From: Auanema rhodensis
Taxonomy: Eukaryota; Animalia; Nematoda
Assembly (NCBI GenBank): GCA_964057225.1
Contig: OZ059896.1
Coordinates: forward strand, 8,990,001 to 9,054,000
Reading direction: 5' to 3'
DNA: 64,000 bases
A program made the translations under genes and the position numbers. Below, piece after piece: positions 39,401 through 54,284 of this stretch. The notes beneath the pieces are model-generated. The model was not told the origin of the DNA and searched no databases. It was given only the letters and a program-made list of their open reading frames with translations. The stretch's first letter is position 1. Each line of letters starts with the position of its first letter.

Positions 39401-42400
39401 TCGTTCATTGTAAGTTCCTTTAACAACACGACAACTGGAATCGTCACCTCCACATATTCCACAACGATCACGCCGAACTGTTGATTGTAGGATATGATCA
39501 CAACCCGACTAATATATTTAATAATTAATATAATATATTAACTATTGATATAATTACCGTCATACATGTTCCATCAACGCAAATATCATCGCCATTACGA
39601 TCACATGGAGTTCCATCTGTTACCTATATTCATAAATTATATTCAATGAAATATATATATAGAAAATATTAACCTTGTCTCGTAGTAAATATGCTGCTGC
39701 TGTACCGCTTATTCTACAGTATAATTTACATCTTTCATTACTTGCAACTCCAGAGTATTTTGGAACCCAAACTGAGCTAGCTGATACGCCATGTATACCA
39801 ACGTCCTAAATATATTTGTCAGCAAACGTATGATGAATTCTTTGCTACCTTGTTATTGAATTCAGCACATTGAACTTCTCGAAAACCTGGTGTATCCCAT
39901 GGACATTCTTGTGTATTACACGATCTGTATTGTTCCCGAAGTCCAACACAATACTTTCCACCATTAGCTGGTCTGAAGTTATTGCATCAGAATCGAAATA
40001 AAGTCAAAAATGCAACAGAAGCGGAATTGATATCACCTTGGATTGTCACAGTCCCTCAATGCCTTTTGAATTCCTCCACCACATGTCCGGGTGCATGTTC
40101 CCCATGGCTGCCATTCTCCCCAACCTCCATCTGTCCGACTTCTGCGATCAGGCGACATGTCAACACACTCACCTCGATGGCAGTATTTCTTTAATAAAAT
40201 TATAATGTGATTATGAAAAAGTAAGGTAGTATACTGGTTGTTGATCGGATTTGTCGCAAGGAGTTCCATCAGCCCATGGCATATGTTGAGTTCTGCATCC
40301 CATCTGACTACCATAATATGTAGCGCACCATAATCGACGACAAGTTGGCTGAAGAAGAAGTCATTCCGAATTACGTCATTAAATAACAACTCTATACCAT
40401 ATATGGACAAAGTTCTGATTGAGGCCCAAAAACGAATTTGCATTGTTGATTCACATCATATTTCCGTCCTGGTGCAGGACTTTCAAATAGTTGTTCATAA
40501 TATTTTCGTTGAACTGGTTGATCGAATAAGCATTGAATTTGTCCTCGATTATTACTAAATATATAAAATATATTTAAATAAATAAAAGATAATAACATAC
40601 TCTAGGAATTTCTCTAGCATTCCACTACTACATTCGGACCAACTCCATGGATGTGTATTATATTCTAATGTTGGTGCCATAATATGATAATTACTTTTAG
40701 TAACATGCATGAATTGAGAGCATCTTCTTTCATCATCATGTGGAATATTAAAACTAAAATTGAAAAAAAATTATTATATAGTTAAGATAATATTTTGTAT
40801 ATAATCAACCGCTTCAACATGAATTTTTACGTTAAATAACTTTCACGTTAATTTCACATAAAGTATATTAATTAGCATATTATATAACGCATAAAGTTAA
40901 GATTATTATATATTTCAAAATAAAAATTAATATATTAACTTACATATGACCTAATTCGTGAGCAATTGTAAATGCAGCACTTAAACCATTATCTTCTATA
41001 ATTGCACAACTTTTTTGCCAATCACACATAGTTCCTAATTCAGCAAGACCAAGCGTATCACATTTTCCAGGAGCTCTATCAAAGAAGAAAACATTTTTTG
41101 TTCTAAGAAAATGGTAAATTACCTGCAAATATCTCCTCTGGTAAGAAGTATAGCAACGTCATGATGTGATGGACTTTCGTCACTTCGCTCATTGTATAAG
41201 CTTTGCCATCTGCAGAATCGTTGAAGAGTTTCCTGGGCATTTGATGATACAACAGGTCCTTGCTGAAGAATATTTTAAAATTATATTAAATATAATTGAG
41301 TAAAACTAACGTTTTCATGCTTTAATATTATAATTTTTACAACAACAACATTAATTGAAGCACGTAGAGATTGATGACGATATATGGATGCAACCTAATA
41401 ATTTCATAAATAATTTTATAAATATTTAATATATTAACTTACAGTTGAGAATAGAGTAAGAACATAATCTTCAAGATTATATCCATGATATTCATACATT
41501 TTAACATCAGTAACTACCATAACCTATAATATATAAATTAAATTTCAGAACTTATCTATATGTATATTTACCTCAACAAAGTGATCCCATGAATTAGCTG
41601 CCCGACGTGATCGGGGACTTCGGACTAAAAACTCATTATTCATAAAGAAAACATTCAAGTTAACATACTAGCAAGATCTTCCCAAAGTGGTTGTTCAGAA
41701 GTTGAGTTACTATGAAAAGACGGAATACTAGGATTCTCTTCTGCAGACGTTGAATTAGTATCATCAAACTGGTGACGGAATGTATGAGACCGAATCTGAT
41801 GAGCAACGTGACTTCGATGTCGGCTACTATCTTCTAAATTATAATAAAATATAATAAAAAATACAACTTATTCTTATTATATATATATATATATTAAGTT
41901 TAATGATAAATATCAAACCTGTTGTACTATTGTCGTCATGGATAATTGGTTCAACTGTATAGATGCCTTTATTGGGAATAGCAAGCAGACCAAACTGTAA
42001 AAACATTAATCATTTCGATTGCACTTTGATGTGTTTCATTTTCTAACTAGCTTTATCTGTCTATCGTTTTTGAGGAAAATGTGTCAAATTCAAAACAGCT
42101 GGATAGATTGAAGAAAAAAAAAGTTTAAATGATCATAGTATGCTTACTAGATATCGAAATCGAAAATCTTTCAGATATTTGCATCCAAATAATATTAAAG
42201 AATATAATTAATTAGAATGAAAATAAATATACTATATATACTATATATATAATATAAATTTAAATTTGGAAACATGTTATCAGTAGAATAAACAAAAAAA
42301 TGCAAAAAATTACCAATCCGTCATCGCTATCGCAAAGATTGACAATACTATGATCAGATGAACCGACGACACGTGCTCGATAGATACAATTTGGAGAAGC

Positions 42401-43270
42401 ACGTGATAATCGTGCTGTAACACTATCTTCTGTTTCGAAATATTGAACAAGTGGGACAATATCCGAATTAAGTATAGTTGGAATACTTCTGCAATTCCAT
42501 TATCCTTTCTTCATATTTTCATATTTTAAGCTTACTTATTGTGTGACGGAGCAAGTTGATGAAATCGATGTAAATGAATTTTATAGGATTGTCCATCAAG
42601 GGATCGTAATCTAAGATGACAGGCTTTATGACAGTCTCGGGCGACTCCTTTAACAGAAGCCTCTTGTCGACGATCTTCTGCTGTAATGTCAACGTGTCGC
42701 CGTCGTCGTCGACGCACGTAGTGGCGATCCACGGTGAACAACAAGCCATCTGATGGCGGTAATCCTGAACGTAAATAAAAATAAAAATGATATGATTAAT
42801 GAAATAAGAAGAAAAGAAACATATACTAAGTGTTTAGAGCTTAAAAGTTTATTTGTTCAAGGTTTCGTTCAAACAAGAATTCGTTTAAACAAAATTTAAT
42901 AATTTTTTCCACTTAAAAGTAATTTATATTGTTGTGTTAATTGATTTAATAGGTTTTCGATACGGAATAATCTCTATCTTAAGTCTTTCTTTTCTTAAAA
43001 TAAAAAAAAATGGTTCCGTTCTGCTATAGAATCAATATATTCATTGAAGTTACTTAATTTGAAATAAGATTTGTTTCAAAACTTACCAGAGTACTTGGAC
43101 CTGGTAACGGGTCGCACATGGTCGTTCACAGCTTTGACCTGTTTGTTATTAAATTTATTACTTGTAGATGTCTGTTCTTTGTTTTCAAACAAGAGACGTT
43201 TTGAAAATGTGATAAAGAGGAGGCTGAACAGTAAAATTGCCCCCAACACGATGGGGGAGCCGAAGCGCAT
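30453..43270 (-). CDS. gon-1: ADAMTS metalloprotease GON-1 (ADAMTS9/20 orthologue), multi-exon
   Basis: ATG at 43270 starts a signal-like peptide [23 protein letters not shown]. The prodomain ends at a furin site RSRR|[10 protein letters not shown] (~41580-41625). The catalytic domain contains [14 protein letters not shown] and the zinc motif HELGH(I)FNIPHD split by an intron (40940/40755), then the Met-turn HIMAP. These are followed by disintegrin-like, central TSP1 ([20 protein letters not shown]), Cys-rich and spacer domains ([15 protein letters not shown]...ERINGTGPI), many TSP1 repeats (CSVTCG motifs, ~32150-38900) and a C-terminal GON domain ending [37 protein letters not shown] (30453-30455). 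Confidence 0.96.
35166..35230. repeat. (GT)n/(GA)n compound microsatellite in the large gon-1 intron
   Basis: GTGTGT...GAGAGA run. Confidence 0.8.
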
Positions 43271-43421
43271 ACCTGAAAATAATCCGAATAGTTTTTTATA
43301 ATTATATGATATTTGTCTGTACAAATTCTCTTAGAAGTCATTTTTTTGTGAAAAAAAATTATAATCGATGATGTGACGTAAAAAGTTTAATAAGAAAAAC
43401 TAAAATGAATAGAAAACAAAC

Positions 43422-43468
43422 CTTTGTTATAGGTACAACGATAGCACAACTGAGCGCCACCGCATACT
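43422..43468 (-). other. gon-1: Putative 5'UTR exon of gon-1 containing a 12-codon uORF
   Basis: A perfect TTTTCAG acceptor (43469-43475) and an AAG|GTTTGT donor flank a GC-richer 47-nt block. The block contains ATG CGG TGG CGC TCA GTT GTG CTA TCG TTG TAC CTA TAA. Confidence 0.6.
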
Positions 43469-44115
43469 CTGAAAACAGAAAATATTTAAAATGTTTTTAT
43501 ATTTGAACATAAAATTAAAGATATAAGATATAATAAAAAATTTAAAAAATATAATTATAAAAGAATAAAGCTAATTAATAATTTTTCTATTAAGAAGGTT
43601 ATTATAAGTTTATATAATATTTCCTTCCTATTATATTATAAATCGAGCATTATTATCGAAATTATACTTAAGTTTGAAGCATGAACATCTTAGAGAGAAT
43701 ATGAATCAGAAGAAGAATCATTGATGTGAACGGAAATGAGAGTTCAGATAGGCTAAGGCTATAGCTAAACCACTTGATGTAGATAAAAGAATCGCCGATT
43801 AGACAAATGGCCTAATATAGCTTAGATGGGTAATTACGGTATAAAGACATTCCCTCATATTGATATTCATAAGGTTTAGTACCCATTAAACGTCTTAAGC
43901 GTGCCATGAACAATGAGCCGAACACTCGAGACGATACACTCAAAATCTGGATTCGGAAGAGATGGCACAGAATATTGAAGAAAAAGAAAAGTAAAAAAAA
44001 ATATTTTAAAGTGATCTCAAGATAAAAATATCAAGTTTAAAATAGTTCGGAAGTCATAAAAAACTAAACAATACTGAAAATAGAAAAAAAGGACAATCAA
44101 AGTTGAAAGCAATAC

Positions 44116-44201
44116 CTTCTTGTTCGGCTGCCTGCTTGATTGGGTGCTGATGTTCTTAAGCCTTATTATTTGGCTGATCGTCCCCAATGTCGTGTTTCGT
44201 C
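44116..44201 (-). other. Possible further upstream non-coding exon of gon-1
   Basis: GC-richer block ending in an AAG|GTATTG donor. The acceptor TTTTTGAG is weak. Confidence 0.35.
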
Positions 44202-45812
44202 CTCAAAAATACAGGAGAAGTGAAAAAAATGAATGAAATACAAATGTTTTAAGAACGAAATTTGTGAAAAAAAATGAAGAAAAGGCGAAACAGTATTGAG
44301 ATCACATAGACTGATTGAGCAGTCATATCATTTCAGTTTCCACGATATTTTGCAATGACAAGGAGGAAAATGTAATAATATTGAGAAGATCGAGTAAAGA
44401 TGTTGAGATCTTCTACATTTTAATTCAAAAAAAAAGTTTTAGTTGATATAGTAATGAAAAAGAGGGAAAATAAGACTGTTGGCAAGAAATTGTAACAAGA
44501 GAGATACTGCAAGAAGTACGACGAAAATAAGGAAAAGCTTGGAAAGGAAAAAACACAGATGGGCTACCCTCCCTAGGGTATCATGAAGAAGGAGACTACC
44601 GAGAGAAATACTGGACTACACGGTCAAGTAAATAAAGCGAAAAACAATTTTGTAAAGAAAAAGGAAAAAATATAACAAAATATGACATGTCTATATACAT
44701 ATACATGAAGTTTTATCAGATTGATAATTCCAAAATGAAAATAAAGTGAGAAATTTGTTCTAGCAAATGACAGATAGTGTGACGAAACTGACAGGTGAGT
44801 AGGACTTACTGTTATGGTTTCAACGGAAATATGAAAAATAAAAAGGAAAACGAATATGACACTGATTGCTTTGAAACAAAAAAAATGAATGTTGCGAAAA
44901 ATCCTAAACCAGAAAACGATAACTCTGTTCCAACGAACGAATGTGAACTGGTGTAGAGACAGTTTATCAGATCATTTCTTATTCTACTTTTTGTAGAAAA
45001 ACCATTCTCGTCACCGGATAGAAGAACCGGAAACACAAAACAGATGCCAATGAGGTTTGGGGTTAAGCGACAAAATGAACTTTAAAATCTTTTGGACATG
45101 ATATTTTCAGTAAGAAAGATAGATCAAAGTAGAGAGAGACGAGATCGGGAAGGAAAATGAATGTGGGGAGCAAATGAAGAATGGAACGGTTAGCAATCTC
45201 AATGGATAAAAGATGAGAGAAAGGCGAAAAGGATATCAGAAGAGGAAAGGAGGAGGTGAGGGAGGAGAAGTGAGTTTGTTGTTTCATTTGATAAAGTGAT
45301 TACGTCAAGTTGTTTGGAAGAAAACGAATAAAAAGAAGACAACTACCAGTTTCGTTTTTATATCTTTAAAGGTTTTCTGATGAACGAAACATCTATTAGA
45401 AGGTATAGAGGTTCATTACCCTTGTAGATGTTGGAGCAAAAAGGAAAACGAGAGGAAGGAAAGGCGAAAAAAAAAGAGAAAAATGGAGATGAAGTAGAGA
45501 TTATGAGATCTTGGAGAGAAAGAGGGAAGGGAGAGGGTGTGAGATTGAAAAAAAGAGAAGGGTCACCACAGAGACACAAAAAGAAGGAGAGAAACCACGG
45601 CCACCACAGATATTGAAATTCGTCTGCGTCATTACACATTTCTCGGGCCTTGAGCACAGCAAGAACGACACGATGCTTTGATTTCTTGTCGCGACACACA
45701 CGGACCTCAAAAACATATTTAAAACAATTGGAAAGGTTTTTCTCTTCATGGAAATTGAGATTCAAAAAAAACAACAAAAATGAAATTTTCAATAATCATA
45801 GTACGAAGTAGT

Positions 45813-45838
45813 AATAATAATAATAATAATAATAATAA
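45813..45838. repeat. (AAT)n microsatellite
   Basis: AAT trinucleotide run. Confidence 0.85.
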
Positions 45839-46468
45839 ATATAAAATATGTAAAATTAATAAATTAAAGTAAAATCATTTGAGCAAGAACATATAGAAAC
45901 TTTAATATATAACTATATGTATATATCTTTATATATATATTTATCTTTATAATGTGTATACAGAGAGTGAAACTTAATTAATTCCTTTCATAATTGACAT
46001 TTTGAATAATCAGACAAGAAGAATTAGTGAATGGAACTATTTCGTTTACAAAAGTTATCAAGCTATGCTAGAAGTAGTAGGTTTGAACATCAGTTCTGAT
46101 CTTTAACACAAAGAAAACGTAATGTTATTCAGAAAACCTTACAAAGTTGATAAGAGTATAATTCCTATCACAAATTAGATACAAAAATAATTTTTGATTA
46201 AAAGTTTAAACGAAATGAAAATGAAAATGAAATAGATAAATATAAAATATATATGTTTATTATAGATATAAATATATATATAGTTATATTAATAAAAGAA
46301 TTCTAGAAAATTTAGTTAATATAGTCAATTATACGTTGAAGTTCAAAATTTTCAATTTGATATTCTTGATATATGAAGCTTATCATTTAAATTAATCGAT
46401 AAACGATAATCAATTGTAGTAGAATGAAAATTGACAGTTTTGGAGATGTGAGTTAAGAATAATGTAGA

Positions 46469-46512
46469 GAAGAAGAAGAAGAAGAAGAAGAAGAAGAAGA
46501 AGAAGAAGAAGA
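46469..46512. repeat. (AAG)n microsatellite
   Basis: AAG trinucleotide run. Confidence 0.95.
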
Positions 46513-49500
46513 TGTAGAAGACGAGAATAACGATGAAGTAACGACGAATCAAAACATACAACAAATCAAAAGAAACTTGAAACATTGGATTGCTTACATT
46601 CATCTTCATATAAGACCAAAAAATATATATTCATAGATCATATCGTATAGTATAATGTATATAGTATTTTAGATAAAGTTCATGAATTATGTCAATTGTT
46701 GAAAGAGAAGCTTGAAAATTGAATACAGATTATCACAACGTGAATACACCTCTTCAATCATCATTTATCAAAACTAATGCAGATACATGAGATATCAGCT
46801 TTCAAAAGTTTCTTACATTTTGCCGACAAAATTCAAAAGAAAAAGGAAAAAAGAGTGTGAAGCTTAGCCTAATATTCGTTTTTCTCTTTCTCTCTCTATC
46901 TCATCATCTTCCCCACCTTTTTTTAGCTTTTCGAAACTGATTATACAGCAAAATGTTCTTAGTTCTGTCCCATTTTAATTGAAAATCATGTCAAAAGATG
47001 AAAAAAAATGTCTTTACCACAGCAAAAATTTATAGATGAATTGAGAGATAGATTGCTAATTGTAAAACTTGAATGATATTTCTTAAGTTTTTTGTTCATT
47101 TATAGTTTAGATATACAAATTACATTAATTAATAAATAAAATAAATAAATATATAAGTTTAATAAGATTATAAGTTCAATAGATAAATCTTTCTAATAAC
47201 ATTTTTAAACTTTAAACAGTAAATATGCAAAAAAAGAAATGTTCAACAACTATTGTTTCAAAATTGCCAATTTGTTTAGAACGGCATTGGCATCTTTCAA
47301 CTTTTTGATCACAAACAATGTCTGTGGAAACAGAAAAATTGTCTTAAAGAGGTGAGTATGCACAAACCTCCCACAACTATCTTGAATTACTGTTCAAACT
47401 TGTAAAAGAAAAACACAAATAAATAAATATAGAATTACTTTCTGTGGTTTAGTAGACACATGATGATTGGCAGTACAACAAGAATGAGAAGATTGTTGAA
47501 CACAGCTTGAGTAGTAAAATAAAAATTAAAAAACAAGAAAAATAATTTGGAACAATCATTATATAATAAATATATATAAAAAATATATTTATATATAAAT
47601 ATATAGTTAATTAAATACAAAATATTTAAATTAAGATCAAAGAAAAATAAATAATAATGAATGAATGTATGTAATTTGATGATCAAAAGTTCAAAGTTGA
47701 TAACATATAGTAATTAAGAAGATTAAGAAGAAGATGATAATAGATGTTATGATTAATAATAATAAAGATTAGAAATAAATATATATTTATTTATATGTTT
47801 TACATCAAAAAGTTCAATATATGTATCAAAACAACATAATATTGATGATGGACTGTTGACCGACGACTGTACAATGGCGTCAACAACATTTCAGAAAATT
47901 CAATGAGGATAAAGCTTTGACATGAAGATCAGAAAAACATAACGCAAACATAGTAAAACGTACAACAAGAGAGAAAGACCCCGAATTGAAGATCTGTTCT
48001 TTTTCATCTTCTTTTTCCATTTCTCTAGTTCTCTCTCATATATCTCATTGACTGTGATTCCATAGGCACTGGTCCTCCAACTACAAGGGATATGAAAAGA
48101 GAGGGAGGGGACTGAGAACTGAAAGCCGTAGTTGATCCAGAGGTCGCAACCTTCTTATTTTCTTGGCTATCACTACCTTTCCTTCTTTCGTTCTTATCTC
48201 TTCTATGTATATTATCTTTTTTGTTCTCTCCTTATCCCTCCTTTTATCTTATATCTTTTCAGTTTCAACAGCTTCTCCTTCTTCTTCATCTTCATTTCTT
48301 TTGTCATTCACTACGTTTCATATGAAACTCAGAGCAAAGAAAGCAATTTTCCCTATCGACAATCTCTCATTCTCCTGCTTTGTCTGCTTAGTTTCGTTTT
48401 GTCTCTGATAACCAACTGACATCAGACCCTTAGGCCTTGTTCGTATGTCCGTTGTCGGCAGCAAGAACTCAGCATCCACCATTTGCGTACTTTTTTTGTG
48501 AGAAATTGTTTTCATACATATCATGTGCTATTTTTTTGATTATATTTGTATAAATATAAACAAAATTCAGAAACGAACTCAGCATATTATAATAAACTTT
48601 GAATACTATATTATTGGAAAAAAAGTGTACAGCTAGCTTATCTGTCGCAGAGAAAGTATATATGTGTGTGTTTTTTTTTACAAAGAAAAAAATCTTAGAA
48701 CGAAAAGACATGGGAAAAACTGTGAAAAAAAATGAAACGAAGAGCTGAAGTGATATATCAGTTGGAGCTAGCTAGCTAGTACAACTGACCTGCAACTAAT
48801 ATCTTAAATAAACTTATATTACAATTTTTTTCAGAAATAAATAAATAATTATATTTTGTAATAGTAATAATAGAATTTTATAGAATTTTTGAAATAGAAT
48901 TTAGTAGGTATAATGAGAATATTAAAAGTAATTTGAATATGGCCTGATTTGAAAATTAGGTCGTAACTATCGTTCACAATGTGCTTCTCGAGGGATTAAA
49001 GCATTTTAACAAATCTTTTTCTATCGAGTCATCAAACAAAGAACAAATCCAAAAAAAGCCTAGTGTGACAAAAAAATAGATAAATCACAGTTCAAAGCGA
49101 TTGTTTCAAAAAAAGAGAAGAAGAGGAACAAATGAGAAGTGAAATAGACAACACTAAGCTGAAGTGGTTGAAAGCAAAAAGATAATACTGATTGAAAAGA
49201 AATGATTAAAATAAATTATTCAATGATACAACAACAATAATAATAATATTCTATATAAATTAACAGAATAATTGACCTTTTTATTATGAATAATCGAGTG
49301 TTAATGAGGGACAAAATCGAATAAATGTGGTTAAGAAGAAGGGTCATGATGAGGACGTTTGAGTTATCTGATCATTTAATCATCATGTACTGTTGAGAAG
49401 AATAGAAAATGGAACGAATATGTGTTAAGATGAGTAAAAGAAGATTAATTAAGAGAAACTAGCAATTAAGTGAGAAAGAATAGAAAAGTAAATGATGCGA

Positions 49501-49527
49501 AGATAAAATATATGAAGAGATATACAT

Positions 49528-49554
<27 letters not shown>
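49528..49554. repeat. (AG)n microsatellite
   Basis: AG run. Confidence 0.9.
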
Positions 49555-49558
<4 letters not shown>

Positions 49559-51567
49559 GTGTTGAGGGATAGTAACTATCTATCCTTAATCTATTCATGT
49601 TTTCATTTTTTAAATATTTCTTCATATATTAGTAAAAATATGATTACTAAAACAGATTATGATTATAATATTATACGTTTTTAGGTGAGTAGAAGGGAAA
49701 AAAATAAGTTGATCAACAAAGAGCTAAACTAGTATTTCCGGTTCAATTGATTAAAGCCATAGTCATAACCTATTAAGGTTGATTTAATAATTATATATTT
49801 ATAGAGTACTTAATAGCTATAATAATATTGGAATATTAAAATATTTTATATGGAAATTATATTAAAATTTTAAAAAATGAATAAAGTTATATGAAGATGA
49901 AGAGGATAATGAATGAATGATACTATGAATGACATACTATATCTTCATCTTCTAACAGTTCTATGTCAAAGAATTAAAAAAAAAGTGTTTGATAGAACAT
50001 CTGTTACATGGCAAAGTTTAATAGTAATAGACGGCAGCTTAACGTAATAGTTGTATTGTCATTACAATCTTTCTTGATCATTAAAGAAGAAAAAAGAAAA
50101 AAAAATGAAACTTTTACAAATAAAGAAAATTAAAAAATTAAAAAAATAATTTCAGAAGATGTACATACACACAGATACCTTATTATAACTCAAATAATTT
50201 GCTATATTAATAACTTTTTGAAATGATTTATCGTTTTGGTGTTAAAACATAATCGAGGGAAATGCAACAAGAACGAGAAAAACGAAATTATTAATTGAAA
50301 TCTTTGTTTAGAAGTATATGAAAGACCTTAACGTGCCAGATGTCATGACGCCGTGCTATCTCTGTGCCAGAAGGCGGACTTAACATTAACATTGACACGT
50401 AATTGTCCTTCTTGTGAACGGAAACGATAAGAAATGAAAAAAAAATATGGTTGAAGGTAACCAACTAACATGGTCAGACAGTTTGGAATTAATTATACTT
50501 TTTGATGATTAGGAGAATGTATGACAGATGATTAGTTGTACTCAAACACGTACCATCGTCTATTCTCTCATCTCATCACTACGTCAGTTGAAGTTATCTG
50601 GAGATAGTAAAGCACACAAGGCAGTAACGACAGAAGACAGCCTCTGACTTGCCAGATGTTTCGATATGAATGACGTTGAGGAGGTGAGCTAACACTTAAT
50701 GATACCGGTTAGTTGTGGTGGGATATAAGTTTAGATGAAACATATAATACTATAATAAAGAGAAACGATACTTTTTTTTAGGATCATTTAGCTGTTTAAG
50801 TAATAAAAAGTTCTTTGAAAGTGAATACGTTAGGTCAACTTCATAGAATAAAATGTGGATGTTGATGAATTGCTCAGAAAGATACAGCTAAAAAAACAAA
50901 TTGAATATCTTCTCTGGACATTCATCTGGAAAAGTTGCAAAATCTCAATTTAGGAACTAGATCCATCTGGAAGAAAAAGCTATTTGAAGCTTATATGATC
51001 TTCTTCTTCAAAACATAAGTGTTTTTTTGTTTGTTAGATAGATTTAACGATGTGAGTTTATAAGTTTTTTATAGTAAAACATCAAAAAAAGGAAAGAAAC
51101 CGTATAGTAGCATCAGAAGATAAGTAGATGTCAAATGTAAAAGGAGTGTCTACTGAGGAACTATAACTATAAATCATTAATATGAAAGTGATTAAAATGA
51201 ATTTTTAATGATTAAATTCGAGAAGAAGACGAACATTTGATTAAATACTATTATACCGTAAAATAATTTTTTTATCTGATAGTTTTTAAAAATTCGTAAA
51301 AATGGAAGTTTTTAAATAAAAAAAAGGTTGAAAACGAAGTATGGAAGAAGATAGATTAGATGTTAAGAAAAAACATCACAAATAAACCAAAAAAAAATCA
51401 AAAAACACAGAAGGAAGAAGAAGAAGTAGTTGATTTCAAAAGAAAAGATTTCTGATTCATAAAAGGAATGGATTGGACGACTGCATAGGATAACCTTAAA
51501 CATGAATCGAAAAAATGTTTAGTTATGCATACTATCCAGATAATATTAATATAAACTATATTGTATA

Positions 51568-51568
<1 letters not shown>

Positions 51569-51612
<44 letters not shown>
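51569..51612. repeat. (TA)n microsatellite
   Basis: TA run. Confidence 0.9.
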
Positions 51613-54242
51613 CTATACATATAAATCTTTTGTTATAAAATAATTTTTTTGAACGTTGCCATTTGAATTCAATGTATAAAGCACATCAAAATATTTGTTG
51701 TTCCAGATATAAAAGTGGATAAAGAAAATATGATTTAAAATGTTTCAGAATATTGTCATATAAGGATTTCTGAAACCGGTTTCCGATCTCTTTACTCTGC
51801 AGTAATTCGGACATTATAGCTGCCAATGCAGATTGCTTTCAAATCATTCGTTCGAGGTGACACAATCTTGTCAGATGGGCACTAAAATTAACAAAGAAAA
51901 GTCATTGAATGGTGAACGAACAAAAAATTAGTAAAGAACTATAGTTGTAGTTTTAAAAAAAAAGAAGAAACTTCTATTGATTGCTTGGAAATAATATGTT
52001 GATATGCAAATGAGACACGTAGATGCGTGAGTTGAACGAGCGTCTTTATCATTTTCATTTGAAAAAAAAACTCAAATGGTTGCATTCCTAAAGTAACTAC
52101 GTCTTTTTTAATTTATTATTTCAAAAATTCAGGGAAACTATGAACCATTAGAAGATATATGGGTCTGCCTTATTATGATTACACGATAACAGACTGCTTT
52201 TACAGTTCAAATCAAATACAACAGCATAACTGTTCAAAATGATTAAAAATGAATAAAGTTAACTGTCAAAAGCGTTGTTCAGTCGTTTTGAAATATGAAT
52301 GGAATGGCTATGGACGTTTACAACACAGTCTTTGACACTTACATATCATAGAGTTCATCAAATTTGGACAATAGATCAAATGGCTACAGATATAGAATGT
52401 TGATTTGCAATCGGCATCATCAAGAATGCCCTTTTCGAGTTTTCTTGAGCAATATTATTCTATTCTCTTTGAATCTGATAGTCTTTTGCCTTGAAATTGT
52501 TATCATTTTTATCATAGGAAGTATATTCTGGCGCCATGGATAATGTAAGAATAGGAGGAGAGATAGAGATAGCTAAGCATTTAAATTTGTATAAAATATA
52601 TAGAGAGGAAAAGCATAGTTAGATAATAGAGAGAAAAGGAAGTGAAAATGGTTAGGATAAGAAAGAGAACAGAAGATAGAGACAAGTTGTACAGACGTTC
52701 AAATCGTTCAATAAGACAAGCATAAGGTTCAAGAATTCTTTTAAAAATTTGAAATATTCTTTCAAAAAAAATTATTGTATTTTGTATTTAAAAAGAATAT
52801 TAATATAATATTTAAAATAAAGAAATATAAATATACCATTTGAATATAATTTTAAATAATAATGAACTGATGACGTTGATAGATATTCTGAAATTGGTAA
52901 CATCATGATGAGTGTATGGTGATTATGAAACATTTTAACACAGAACGAAAGAGAGAAAAAATTAATAGATTAAGATAAAAAAAATTAAAAATAACATGAA
53001 TAAGGGTAAAAATAATTGTAAAACATATAGTTATTGAATAAAAAAAAAGAATAAAAGTCAACATAATAGATAATCAATTTAGTTTAAAAAAAGGTTCAAA
53101 TGAGATAAAGAAAACAGAACATTTAACAATATTATTATAAGATGAGCAAATAAATCAAATAATGATAATATAGATGAAAACAATAAGTTTTATGAGGTCA
53201 GAAACATTAATAAGAAGACAAAGTAATATTGTTTTAATATATTATTATTATTATTATTATATGTATCTAGTATAAACACTTATATATTATTAATTATTTT
53301 CAAAGGGTTTAACACCCCACACAATCAAAAGAAAAAACTTATTTCACTGATTCATGTATAATCCGTGTGTTAAGAAACAAAACCTCTTAAAACTGATTAC
53401 TAGATGGTCTATACATTCTAATTGTGAAGCTCCCGTTTTCAATTGAATTAGATGCAGCCAAAAAATTGAGATAGACTATGCATAGTATGTCTCATAATCG
53501 TCAGAGATTATTAAAATCTATTGTGTTTGAGATGATTTTTTTAAATAAAAAAAAATAATTAAATTATGATATGTATTCACTAAATTACTCTTTATTTCAT
53601 TTTTATTAGAAAATAATGGAACGGCAAAAGAATGGATTTTCCAGAGCTCAGTGAGCAATGATGATAAGCCAGTACTGATAACTGTCTGTCTATTATTTTT
53701 ACCTCCGTAATAAAATAGGATGGATAATAGAATTTGTGATAAAGCATACAGTGTGTAGAAGCAATGTAAACTAGAGAATGAAGATATAAGAGAGTTTTGC
53801 AATAAGACAAAAGAAAGAAAGATAGAGGTAAATGATAGATAGATAGATAGTAAAATGGTCAGGTTAGTTAACCCCACAATGAAAACAGCAATGAACAGAA
53901 GTTGACCATTGAATATAGCTCAGTTAAAGATGGATCATTATAAGTTTAAGAATGAAAAATGGTTAGGAAAACGAAGGCAAAAATGGTATGAAACCGGTCG
54001 AGTGACCCTATGCAAATGCAAATTAACATTGTAATGGACAGATATAAGATGGAAAGAGAAAGAAAAAAAAAGAATTTTGACGACATAAGAAATGTAGAAA
54101 GAAAGGAAATTAAAATTAAATATGGGAAGGACAAAATGAGGAGAATGTGCATCAAATTCATATGGGAAGTTCATAGTCATGAAGGGGGTCATCATCACCT
54201 TTTTCTTTCATATTCATGAATATGATGTGAGAAAATAGAAAT

Positions 54243-54245
<3 letters not shown>

Positions 54246-54282
<37 letters not shown>
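54246..54282. repeat. (TA)n microsatellite
   Basis: TA run. Confidence 0.9.
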
Positions 54283-54284
<2 letters not shown>

